From contig JASVEC010000003.1 of assembly GCA_030770535.1 (NCBI GenBank), positions 1,178,001 to 1,242,000 of the forward strand: 64,000 nucleotides of DNA. Reading direction: 5' to 3'. The stretch is from Batkoa obscura (lineage: Eukaryota). The notes below the pieces were generated by a model that was given only the letters and a program-made list of their open reading frames with translations, was not told where the DNA came from and searched no databases. Position numbers and translations under genes: made by a program. This document shows, in pieces, positions 27,787 to 40,600 of the stretch. The stretch's first letter is position 1, and the number at the start of each line of letters is the position of its first letter.

Positions 27787-28396
27787 CTGTTGAAGATTTC
27801 AATTTAAAATAGAAAATAAAATTTTGAGAGTGACTTCTTTTTTATAGCTTTTTTATCCACTTTTTACTTGCTTTTATTAATTCATTAACTTGGTTCTACT
27901 TTGGTATTTATCATTTTTCTTGTTGAATCAGAATTACAATAAATTTAAAGTCATTCCTATATTTAATCAAATATTTTGTGAAATCAGAATTAAACTACTA
28001 AAAATGACATCAAACTTTATGATTTAGATTGCTTTTTTCCACTTTTTGCAATGGGATAATTGCTAATTCTTGGGTTTAACTCAATCTTAATTGCCGATTT
28101 ATTGCTGCTATTTTTCCATCCTTACTGGTGGATAAATTACATAAGATTTTCCTTTTCATGTTTTTTTGATAGTTCTAAATAAAGGTTCTTTAATTTATTT
28201 AATTTAAATTTAAAATAGAACTTCATTCCTCATCGAAATATTTTAATAAAATACTTTAAAAAACAAAAAACATTAATTAGCTTAGTTTTTATTTTTATAA
28301 TAAAAACCATTGATATGTTAATATTAAATATCTATAAATTAAATGCTAAGCAACAGTGAAAGAAAAATGTTAAAGATTGTATAAATCTGCTTAAAA

Positions 28397-29723
28397 TTAT
28401 GATTGAATAATCGAAGGACGTCTATAATGATGAACATGAATGTGCTGATTTAACCACCAGGTATTATTGTAACATCTTACTGCTTGAAAAGAGCAAAGTG
28501 GATCTAAAAACTCAACAAAACCAAAGCTAGCATTGCCTCGATTAATAAAATTAATTGATTTAATATCCCCAATTGTACTAAATAAGTCTATCAAATCACT
28601 TTTAGAAACGATACTTGAATCTAAACCATCAATATAAACTAAAAAATAATCACCAACAGTGCCACTCTGCCCAATCTTCGTACCCCACTCAATCATCCAA
28701 TCCTCATTACATCTTAATACTTTATACGCATTAATAGCTGCTTCCCATTCTCTATATCTTATAAGATAAAAACCTTCATAACCTGAATAACTAATTTTAT
28801 CTTCAAATGTCAAATATTCTATTCCCCCATACTCTTTTAGTTTCAGATAAAGTTCATTGTAATCCATGTTACTTATAGGTAATTTTAAAACATATAAAGA
28901 TCGATTGACTCTAGCATCTTCCACTCTCAATAATGATCGATTGATATAAACTTTTTCCGAATATTGTAGAAAGTTCTCTGAACATGTATAATCTTGAAAG
29001 TATACAAATCCATACGGAACGCCAGTACTTGTTTTTGCTAACTTTATATTATCTACAATACCCCATTTAGAAAACTCTAACCAAAGCAATTCTAATATAT
29101 CTTCTTCATTTGGTAGATTCGGATATCCAGCAATAAATAAACAACCTCTTGGAGTCTCAACTAGAAAGGATAAATATAACTACAATAGATTTTAAATTAA
29201 ACAATTACCATCAATACCGTTATTCTCCTCCATTCTTTTAAACTTACTTCTACCATATCCAATTGAATTTACCTCCATAGTATTCATCAGCTCATATTCT
29301 AAACAGTTATTAGTATCCATCACTTTGAAGTATAAAACCACTTTTAAAATAATAAATACACATATTGCTTGGTTTTTTATTAATATTTTCTTATTAACTT
29401 ATAACCTAAAAACATTCGAATAAGAAGCTTAAATTACCATTCTTTGAATCCCTAGATCTTGGTGATAAATAATTTGAGTCTAAAGAATTCACTGAATGCT
29501 CATCATCCCCTGAAGATTCATTCACTTTATAATATTTAAATGAATTAGTTATATAAAAGCAAACAAGAGATTTACCATCTTCCAACTTAAGCATAGCAAG
29601 ACTAATCTCAACATCTGGAAACATGGGTTTAAAATTTGGTTCTAAATCCAGTGAACTTATCGATCCTCTTCTTGAATGTACCTTAACTTCGAGCTCAGAA
29701 TCTGAATGCGAAATTTCCTCCAT
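28397..29723 (-). CDS. Multi-RRM RNA-binding protein, Rim4-like; 5' exon structure approximate
   Basis: GCLFIAG (RNP2), PYGFVYF (RNP1), LRVEDARVNRSLYV linker resembling the Rim4 family, and a third RRM with FGFVEF. Confidence 0.75.
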
Positions 29724-30175
29724 TTTTGTACAGAAAAAAGATAAAAACTTTTTCAACTAAAGCTATTTATACCCTTCGTTTCAATAGCATTATTTGTTTT
29801 AAAAACTAAGTATAGGTCAGCCTAGCTCTCTTTACTATGTAAAATGAGCTCTACTTTTACTACCTTTGATCGAGCGGTTTCTGAAACCTTATTAAGTTAT
29901 GGACTAAACATGACATCACTTGTAAGATATTTACCTGAATTTATATATTTAAATTTAATCTTTGATATTTTAATATACTTGTTCAATTTTTACTAATTAG
30001 TTGGTAATTTAGTGTGCATTATTGAATCATCGATTTTAATTTAAAGATCAATAAATGCCTATTAAACTTTGAAGTTTAAGCTTGTAAATTAAGTTTAGCA
30101 TATTTTTTAACCTTTTATTCCTTTTTATAAGAAATCAACATTAGAGTTGTTTTAATTGAATTTCATTACAGATAT

Positions 30176-30274
30176 AGAGATGTTTTTTTTGGTTTTATCA
30201 CTTTTTCCATTTTTTAAGCGTAATTTGAGCGGAAAGATTGTTAGTAGGATTCTTAAACAAAAAAATACATCCCT
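30176..30274. mobile_element. ~98 bp MITE, copy 7
   Basis: Family core; ATAT flanks; termini decayed (agag/ccct). Confidence 0.82.
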
Positions 30275-31002
30275 ATATTATTACTTGAAATCAAAGGATA
30301 TTTAAAATGCTACTATTTAAAATAAAAGGTCATTAAAACACAATTTTTAAATATTTTATAGCAATTATTAAAAGATGATAATTATTTACGCTAAAAAAAA
30401 GGCATTATAAAATAATTTGGTATTCATATGATATAGCATCATGGATAAAGTTTAACTCATTAAAATTAAAAGTACGGCTTTATAGTTTGATTCAAGTTAA
30501 AACAAGAATATCCATAAAAATGTTTTTATCTCTGTTATTTTTTTATTTACAGCTGTTAAAGTACAAACGTCCAGTAGCTAGCGGTAATTTTTATAATTAA
30601 TAGTTTGTATTATTATGCTGATTTATGTTCAAAGCCTATGTAATCATTTTGAAATGAGCAGTTGGTCACTGCACATTTGTATCTTAATAGCTTTATGCTA
30701 AATAAATTCATAAAATTAATTACTAAGCTCTCTAACAAAAATAAGCTCTTATTATCGGCGATGCTGATATTATCCTGATATATTATGTACCACCAAGTAT
30801 TAGAAAATAAGTTGCTTTTTATTATAAATGATTTATTATATCTGATTGTTTTCCGTATTAAAGCTTTTATTACTGATAATAAAACAAAGTTTGTCTAAAA
30901 TATGAACTTTTTGTTAGTTTAATTGCTCTTTATAACGCTTAAGCTCCTATAATTACTAAACTACACCAGTTTTTGTTCTATTTGGTAAACTAGTTTTTAT
31001 AT

Positions 31003-31100
31003 GGGGATGTATTTTTTGTTGAACAATTTTACTAACAATTTTTCCGCTCAAATAGTGCTTAAAAAATGGAAAAAATAATGAAGCTAAAAAAAGCACCTCC
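31003..31100. mobile_element. ~98 bp MITE, copy 8 (reverse orientation)
   Basis: Family core reversed; flanks ATAT/AAAT. Confidence 0.82.
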
Positions 31101-31326
31101 AAATAGTTTATTAAATAACAAAAATTAATAAATATTAGTATTACTTAAATTATTAATAATTAAATTAATAAATAATCAAAAAGCAAATTATTACTATATT
31201 ATTTATATTATATAAAAACAGTTGGTTATAGTTTTAAAACTATTTTTTTTTAAGCAATTATTTTTTAATTTAATAATATATTAATAATACAACTTTAATA
31301 TTAAAACAATTAAGTTATCAAATAAG

Positions 31327-31906
31327 TGTGAAATATCGCTTCATCAGCTCTATGATTGATTATAACATAATAATCAATCCAAAGCTCCTCACTTACATTT
31401 GCTGTGAGAATTTCTATCGCCTAATCATGAAGAACTTATTGTCCATGTTTTAATGCCCATACTTGACAACTATAATGGGGAATAACTGCTATAATACTCC
31501 TTATATATGGGGGTGTCTTTTTTGGCTTCATTATTTTTTCCATCTTTTAAGCGCTATTTGAATGGAAAAATTGTTAGCAAAATTCTCAAACGCAAAAATA
31601 CATCCCCATATAGCCACCCAGTTGGAGTATAAAAGAGATTCTTTAACATGATAACTCGATGCTTTTTAATTGAATTACTCCCTGATATCATACCTTTAAT
31701 AAAGCCACTAAGTCTTATAGTATTTTAGGTAGATTTTACAGTAGTATCTTGTATTGTATTTGTTTTACATAATTCGTAGCTTATTACGTATTATTCCTAT
31801 TAGTTTAAGTCTATCTTAGCTACATAGACTAAGACCTTTCGACTTACGGCCAGTTAATTAACCTAGAACTGCTTTTAACTCCAACCACCAAATACCAACT
31901 TTCACA
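31327..31906 (+). mobile_element. Solo-LTR-like element carrying a nested MITE
   Basis: TGTGAAA...TTTCACA ends, internal tataaaag and aataaa; close to 54735-55214; flanks TAAG/ATAC do not match. Confidence 0.8.
31509..31607. mobile_element. ~98 bp MITE, copy 9, nested in an LTR
   Basis: TSD ATAT/ATAT; the empty site ttatatatagccaccc is present in the sister LTR near 54909-54924. Confidence 0.9.
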
Positions 31907-32641
31907 ATACATTTGATAATAAGTATTTTCTAATAGAATTTTATAAAAATATATATTTATTTGTATATTATAGCTTGTGTAACAGATATCTTTATTTAAA
32001 TTTAATAAATTAATTATATTATTTTTTAGTAAAAGATCTTTTTTTGAAAATTTTTTTGGCTTAATTTTTTACTTTTGCTATTTCAACCATTACGAAAATT
32101 CTAACCAATAAAAATTTAAAAACTAAGCCAATCATTAAATTGGAAATTTATGCATCTTAAAATAATTAATTCTAATGGCAAAGGGTTAATATAACGAATT
32201 AACTCTAATATCACCAATTTCACTACAGATGCACTAAAATAACTTTGAGCCATATATTTTTAAAGGTTTCAAACAATAATAATACTATATCTATTTTAAA
32301 AACCCATAGCTTTTCATTTCCTAAATTGTTTAACTATATTTTTATACTCAATATGACAGTTTGATTAACTACTAGGTATTGCTTGTTTTTGTAAGTCTGA
32401 TAATAATAACGTTGAACTAAATAGTAAATAAAAGTGAATTTAACTTTTACTAAAATGGTGCACTTATCTCTATTTCACTAAATATTATGAATACTATCCC
32501 TTGCTATGCAATTATCAATATTTAAAGTAATTTTATTAATTTATCACTAGAATGCATTTTTGCTTCAATTTTTTGTCCATTTTTTAACTTTAAAAATTTT
32601 AAAATAACAATAATGAAATAAAAAAACGTCTTCCCACATTA

Positions 32642-32740
32642 GAGGATGTTTTTTTTGTTTTCATTACTTTTTCTATCTTTTAAGCACTATTTAAGTGGAA
32701 AAATTGTTAGTAAAATTATTAAACAAAAAAATACATCCCC
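32642..32740. mobile_element. ~98 bp MITE, copy 10
   Basis: Family core; TSD ATTA/ATTA. Confidence 0.88.
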
Positions 32741-33445
32741 ATTAAGCCTTTAAACGCAAAAATAGTGGCCGTTATTAAATTTGTAAAAAATGCATTACAA
32801 TTTCTATCACTACATAATTATAGATTAATCTTACTTCAAATGCGTTTTACTTTAATATAATAATAAACTAAATTATTATTATATACATTACTATTTTATT
32901 AGCTATTAATTGCTCTTTGTATTATAATGATAACAAAGTAGCTCGACTAGTATAAATAGGTTAGAGGATTATTGTTAAACAATTTTGTTATGGGTAAATT
33001 TTGTAATTATAATTTTTATTTATCTTTGAGTGTAATATTTTAAATTTAAGTTCCTTAATAAAATAGTGAAGTGAGAAGACCAAAGAGTGCCATTGGAATC
33101 TCCCGCTTTGGATCAAAACCTTACACTCTTAAATTAGCAAATAAAATAGAACAAAAATTATTTCAATTAAATTTGTAATAAAAAAATCAAATTTTTTAAT
33201 AATTTTAATAATTTTTACAATTCAACAATTCACTAAGTAAAAACAACATTTTGAAAGAAGAGGAAGTGGATAGTAAAGAAACCTAAACAATAAAAAATCA
33301 TTGCTTTTACAACCCACAAAAAAAGAGGAAGAAAAATTTAAAAGTTTTATAATAATCCGGACAAATTAATCCAAGTTTTCAAAAAGAGGAATAAAAACCA
33401 TTATCGATTTACATTAATTTATTCAACAAAAATAAATAAATCAAC

Positions 33446-36400
33446 ATGTCCAATATATTTGTATGTGTGCGATGTCGACCATTGAATACACGAGGTAAGT
33501 TTTTTCCTTCTTTTCCCTCCTCTTTTCCAACAAGCCTGATTTATATTCCTAGAAAAAACCCGTGGCGCCATTGGCTTAATTCGAATGGAAGGTAACCAAA
33601 CCATAATTGATCGACCAGTCTCCTCTAAAGAAGAAAAAAATCCTATAATAAAAGAAGAAAATCAACCCAAAACATTTGCATTTGACAGAAGTTATTGGTC
33701 AGCATCAACACCAAGCGATCCCAATTATGCCTCCCAAAAGATGGTATTTAATGATATTGGTAAAAGCATGTTGGATCACGCGTTCAATGGTTATAATACT
33801 TGTATTTTTGCTTGTAAGTAGATTTTTTGTTGAGGAGGAGGATTTATTGATTTATTGATTTATTGATTTATTGATTTATTGATTTTTAGATGGTCAAACG
33901 GGTAGTGGTAAATCCTATTCGATGGTAATAAAAAAACTTAATCCTATAAATCTCATTCAATTTATCAACTATGATATTAGGTAGGTTATGGCGAAGATAA
34001 AGGTATCATCCCCTTAACATGCATTGAATTATTTGACCGCATCAACTCGAATAGTGACATTAATCTCTCTTTTAACGTCGAAGTTTCCTATATGGAAATT
34101 TATTGTGAACGTGTTAGAGATTTATTAAATCCAAAAAATAAAGGTAATTTAAGAGTAAGAGAACATCCAGCATTAGGTCCTTATGTGGAGGATTTGAGTA
34201 AGATGGTAGTTAAATCTTATAAAGATATTGAAGATTTAATGGATGAAGGGAACAAGGTAATATAATGAACTTTCGGTTTATAGTGATAAATTTTAGTAAA
34301 CAAAATAAATTTATAGGCTCGTACAGTTGCTTCGACTAATATGAATGCAACATCATCGAGATCTCATGCGGTTTTTACAATTATATTGACACAGGCGAGG
34401 TTTGATCCAGACGCTCAAATGGCTACGGAAAAAGTATCAAGGATTAGGTAAGTTAGTTTAAAATTTAATCATACTTTATTTACAAATCAGCTCAATATCT
34501 TTTATTTATAAATGTTAAAATTAACATAATATTTTTCTATTAGTTTAGTTGATTTAGCTGGTAGTGAAAGAGCAAATTCCACAGGAGCTAGTGGACAAAG
34601 ATTAAAAGAAGGAGCAAATATTAACAAATCATTGACAACATTAGGTAAAGTTATATCTGCTTTAGCGGATCAAGCTGCTATGCCAATAAAAAAAGGAAAG
34701 AAAAAAGAAGATTTTTTTATTCCTTATAGGGATTCGGTGAGTATTACTATATATATATATGTGTATTAAAAAGCTCTATATATGTTTTTAGTTTAATAAA
34801 TTACTAATCCAAGAACCCTTAGGTACTAACCTGGTTACTCAAAGACTCTCTAGGTGGAAATTCAAAAACCATCATGTTAGCAGCTATTTCACCAGCTGAT
34901 TATGAAGAAACTTTATCAACATTGAGATACGCTGATCGTGCTAAAAGGATCGTCAATAAAGCTGTGGTTAATGAAGATCCAAATGCTAAAGTTATTAGAG
35001 AATTGAAACAAGAATTAGATTTGTTAAGATCAAGATTAGCAGTTTATAATCCTGAAGAAGCATATTCGAGTACTGGAGGGGGGATTGCAGGAGGGAGTGT
35101 TGGGGTGAAGCCTGGTCTCATTATGAGACCAGACGGTACCACCCAAACAGCAGCAGAGATTAAAGATCAATTAGAAGTTAGTGAGAAATTAATGAAAGAG
35201 CTAAATCAAACATGGGAAGAAAAATTGATCCAAACACAATCAATACAAGCAGATCGTGAAAAAGCATTAGAAGAATTAGGTATAACAATTGAAAAAAATG
35301 ATGTTGGTGTTCATTCACCAAAAAGAACCCCTCATTTAGTGAATTTAAATGAAGATCCATTGATGTCAGAATGTTTAATTTATAGTTTGAAATTAGGTAT
35401 TACTAAAGTTGGATTAATGGAATCAGAAGAAGAGGGAGATGTAGAAATTAAATTGAGTGGTACAAGTATATTACCTAATCATTGCTATTTTGAAAATATA
35501 AATTCAACGGTGACAATTTATCCTACTAAAGGTAGTATGACTTTAGTTAACGGTAGACAGGTTACTGAACCTAAAAGGTTGAGATCAGGATATCGAGTTA
35601 TATTGGGAGATAATCATGTTTTTAGATTCAATAATCCAGAAGAAGTTAGAAGAGAAAGAACAAAGACGAGATTATCAGTTAGTGTAACTAATGGGGATTT
35701 AGGAGAATATTCAGAAGCCAGTTCTCAATCTCCAATGGAAAGACCAGATTCTAGAGCATCTACCATAACGAGCGATGTAATTGATTGGAATTATGCTTGG
35801 AGAGAAGTCAATGGGAACACAGCAGAAAGTGTATTAAGTGATAATAGTTTAGAAAATAACTTACCATATAAGCATTCGAGAAAACCAACGAACAGTTCAT
35901 TTGAATATCGACCACCTAGTTCTTCTACAAGATCTCCAGAAACAGCTGAATTGGAAATGAAGTTAAAAAAAAATCAACTTGAAATGGAACGTCAATTAAT
36001 CGAACAAAGAAAACAATATGAAGAAACATTTAAAAAGTTAGTTGAATCTAAAATCGAAGGAAATATAGTAGTACCTAGAATTTATACAGAAAAAGAAAAA
36101 ATATTAATTAATAAGTTTCTTAATAATTTAAAAAAAAGAACATTTGTTACTATGGCAGAAACTATATTAATGAATGCTATTACATTGAAGGAAGCGAATA
36201 TAATTGCGAAGGAACTAAAGAAAAATGTTAGTTATCAATTTATAGTTATTAATGAATTATCAACAATAAATTGTTATTCATTTTGGGAAGATAAATCTCA
36301 ATTAGAAGAATTAGATAGCAATGAAGATGATATGTTATTAAGCAATAAAACACCTTTTATTGCAATCCAATTAATTGATAGGAATAATCAAATGAATTAT

Positions 36401-38620
36401 ATTTGGTCAATTGATAAATTAAAACAAAAATTAATTCGAATGAGAAATTTATATAATTTAATGGATAGGCCATTATACCATCAACATTTTAATCTCCAGG
36501 ATCCATTCGTAGAGAGTTTAGTAACAAAGTATAGTTTAATTGGTTTAGCATATGTTAATCTAGCAAATTTAATGTATAATTTAAAACAAACATTTAATAC
36601 TCCTATTATTAATCATTTGGATGGTAAAGTTTATGGAGAATTTAAAGTTACAATTAACCCTTTAGCAATTGTTAATAATAATAATAATAATGATAATAAT
36701 GATAATAATGATAATAATGATAATAACAATAACAATAATATATTAAATATTGGAGATCAATTAATATTTGAAATTATAATGGAAGAATTGAATAATATTA
36801 ATGAAGATTTATATACACAAGTACACGTACAATTTCGATTATCTTCTTTTAATACAATAATACCATATTCAATAAATGATCAATTATTTGCTACAGATCC
36901 AATAAGTAATTTTAATAACGAAACAATACAATTTCAATATCGACATACAATAACAATTAATATAACTAATGAGTTTATTAACAACATACAATTACAACCA
37001 ATGAAATTTGAAATATATGGTAAACCTAGTTTAATTACAATTAATAAATGGGATCATATTAATCAACAACAAAATGAAATTGATCCCAACCAACAAATAA
37101 ATTTAATTGGTGCACCTAATGGATTTAATCCTAAAATAAAAGAAAGGAGACCTGAAGATGAATTAATATTAAAAGAAACCCATGATTTATTGGCAAAAAT
37201 TCAAATATCTGAATTAAATCCAAACGGACAATATGTAAATGCTGAGATACAAGCTACGAGTCCTACAGATAATGGAGTATTTTTACTAAGACAAGGATTA
37301 CAAAGAAGAATCTTAATATCATTACAACATAATTCAGGAAAACAATTTCAAATTGATAAAATTATTAAAATAGTTATAGGTAGAATAAGATTAGTAGATA
37401 ATAAAGGGAGATTTACTCATGATAATTTAAAAAATCAATCAGATATAATTGAACTAAATTTAATATTAAATACAATTAAAGAAGAAATATCTCAAGATGG
37501 ATTAAATAAATATGAATTTCAAGTAAATTGGGATTCCTCATTACATAATTCCATTCATTTAAATAAAAATACAATGAGTAATCAAAGAGTTGTATTAACT
37601 TTAAATTGGCAGTTAATAGCAACTAAAGTACAAGATCCGCTAACTTTTACTATTGATTTACCACTTATAATTACTTCAAGAACATCTTCTGTATCAAAAT
37701 CATTATTTTCATTTATGACTAATTCAACACGACTATTAACTAATATCTCTCAATTATATCAACTTATTCTTACCCCCAAAATGATACGTAAAAGAACTGA
37801 ATTATGGAAATTAGATACAGCTACTTCTTATGTCAGAGGGGAAGAATATTTAGGTAATTGGAAACCTAGAGGAGTAGAATTGGTATTAGAAAACAGGAAA
37901 ATACAGTTTAATATAAGGAAGAGAGTGGAGTTACAAATGTTAAGGCAAGCAAATGAATTAAGAAGGCTAAAAAATGGGGGAATGGAGCTAGTAATGCCAA
38001 AGATTGATAATCCAGTACAATTAAATATGATTAACAATCAGTGGTTAGGAATGATTGATAAAAAAGAAGAGATAGAAGGGATGGAAGAAGATATCAAGGA
38101 GGAGCCAGAGAGTAAAGTGGAAAATGGGGAGGAGGGTATAATAGGGAGTAATAAAGTAGAAAAAGTTAAAAAAGATAATGTATCAATAAGTTCTGATAAA
38201 ACAGCGAATTCAATAACTAGTGAGAATAAAAACCTGGACACCCTTAATTTGCAGAAAGCCCCTGACCAGCCTGTTAAAATGATGGGAGAACTTAAACTTA
38301 TCCCTAAGAGTACCACCATTACACGAAAAGGATATTTATTAACTCCAATTGATTTAACGTTATGGGAAAAGCGATGGATAGTTATAAAAAGACCATTTAT
38401 GTATTTATATAAAGATAGTTATGAATTAGAAGAATTATTGGTATTTGATTTAACTTCTACTAGAGTAGATTATAATAAAGATTTGGAAAAGTTAGTGGGA
38501 AGAGAAGGTGTGTTTGCATTGTATACTAAAAATAATTCATATATGTTTCAAGTAGAAGGAGAGGGAGAGTTAATAAAGTGGTTGAAATGTATTGATCAAT
38601 GGTATCAGGGGGAAGAGTAG
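33446..38620 (+). CDS. unc104: Kinesin-3 family motor (Unc104/KIF1-like); exons 33446-33494, 33553-33813, 33890-33924, 33981-34256, 34317-34447, 34544-34736, 34823-38620
   Basis: [15 protein letters not shown]-loop [26 protein letters not shown]-rich loop, FHA region ([16 protein letters not shown]...FRFNNP), LRQGLQRRI and a C-terminal PH domain. Confidence 0.95.
33841..33885. repeat. (GATTTATT)n tandem repeat in a kinesin intron
   Basis: Five full 8-bp units plus a partial unit. Confidence 0.9.
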
Positions 38621-39142
38621 AGTGAAGGTAAGAAGGAGGGTAGAGAGAAAGGGAAGATATGGGTGGAGATAGTAGTGGGCGTGGAAGGAAAGAGATTTTT
38701 AATTGATGGATTTTTTTAGTAATAAAATAGTTTGATTTTTTGTACACGAAATTTTAGACTGTAACTAAGATATTTATTATAATTTGAAGTTAGAATATTA
38801 AATGATAAGAGAATTAATGAATTTGAATATAAGTTAGAATTTTATAAAGTGAACAATTAATTAATACAAAACGTTACATTATATTTATTCTAATAAAAGT
38901 TAAATTTTATAAATGAAAAAGGCTTAATTTAAAAAGAAATTCTAGAAATCAAACTATTTAATTTTAAATTATTAAAATTATTATTACATAACTGTAAAAC
39001 AATATAATGTAACTTATTATATTTTAGTATAAATATTGCTTTATTTAATAATAATTATGAATAATAAAGAATAAGATTAAGAGATAGAAATATAGGCATT
39101 ATCAAAAGCCTTTCTACTACAAAATATAAATTTATTTAACGC

Positions 39143-39454
39143 CTAACTCTTGTTTTGATGCTGTTCTAAATATCCTTTCATTTTTTCCAATACTTCATTC
39201 GCAGTAATACCCTTATTGTTATCTTTGTTTCCATTGCCCCCATTACTAGTTTGAGAACTTGTTTCTTTTTGTCTAGAAGTCAATTTATTTTTTAAACTAA
39301 AAAAATTTCTTTTGATATTATAAATAAATTCTCGTACGTGGATCGATTTTCTTTGTAATTGGTGGGTTGAAAGATTGCTAGTATTAGGGGTAGTAGCGGC
39401 GAATACACTGGAGGTTAAGACAAATGCAGCTGTAATTAAGTCAATGAATCTCAT
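39143..39454 (-). CDS. Small secreted protein of unknown function, ~103 aa
   Basis: ATG at 39454 gives signal peptide MRFIDLITAAFVLTSSVFA; no Cys; basic pairs RK and KR. Confidence 0.6.
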   Translation of the reverse strand: MRFIDLITAAFVLTSSVFAATTPNTSNLSTHQLQRKSIHVREFIYNIKRNFFSLKNKLTSRQKETSSQTSNGGNGNKDNNKGITANEVLEKMKGYLEQHQNKS

Positions 39455-40377
39455 GTTACAAAGTAAATAGACTGTAAAGTAAAATAAACTGAATAATATA
39501 AAGTAGATTTTTGCCACTAATTTCTGTTTTCTCCCTTTCCTTAAAATCACGGAGTAATTAATTAATTTGATTAAATAAATTCAATCCCATTACTATAATT
39601 AGTAATTTTAGTTGAAAAATTCAATGAAATTGAATGATTTTGGTTACTTTGAGTTAGCAATTTAAAAAAGTTGTTGAATTCGAGTAATGAAATTGAATGA
39701 ATGAGAAGAAATAGAAGTAGAAAAGGAGGGAAAGAGGGCATTGAAAGGATGAGATGTTGAGATTGATAAGCTAAGGAAATGGATAGATTATGAGCATTTG
39801 TTGATGTTGTTACTTTAGAAATTTAAAATATTTATTAGTATTAATTTTAATAATTGTAATATTTTTATAATCAAAAAAAATGACTTTAATTTTAATTTTT
39901 TAACTTCAAGAAAAATAAATTAAAATAGGATTTAAAAAAACTAGTAAATTAAAATTATAAATTCAATCTTTATAATAAATTTGATAATTGTATAAATCAA
40001 AAAAATTATCATATAATAATAAATTTAGATAATAAAGATTCTTATTTATTTTTTTGTTAAATTTTAGTTAAATGTTTTTTTAAATTTTAAACTACTTAAA
40101 AATGGATCAAAATTAAAAATATAAATGCCTATATTAAGTTCAGTTATTAAATGTAGTATAATGTAATTTCTTAAGCTGGCACTCTTTTTCAAATTACTTT
40201 ATAATAATAGCTACAGAAGTCATTGAGGAGTTTGTCTACTTTAAAACTATTTTTTCCAATCGATTGGCTATTAAATTTCAATGAATACCAATTCAATTAA
40301 CTAACCCAACGGAATTCATTAATATATATATAAAATAGTCATAAAAATGATATAAGATATAAATCAGTATAAAATAT

Positions 40378-40476
40378 GGGGATGTATTTTTGTGTTTAAG
40401 AATTTTAATAGCAATTTTTCCACTCAAATAGCGCTTAAAAGATGGAAAAAGTGATGAAGCCAAAAAAAACACCCCC
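40378..40476. mobile_element. ~98 bp MITE, copy 11 (reverse orientation)
   Basis: Intact termini; TSD ATAT/ATAT. Confidence 0.9.
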
Positions 40477-40502
40477 ATATTATAAGAGTTTAAATACTAT
40501 AA

Positions 40503-40600
40503 GGGGATTTTTTTTTTGGTTTCATTATTTTTTCCATTTTTTAAGTGTCATTTAAGTGGAAAACTGTTAGTAGAATTCTTAAATAAAAAAATACATCCCC
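40503..40600. mobile_element. ~98 bp MITE, copy 12
   Basis: Family core; TSD ATAA/ATAA. Confidence 0.88.

Noticed and set aside
40293..40478. 61-aa ORF
   Set aside because: It reads through a MITE copy and has no independent coding signal
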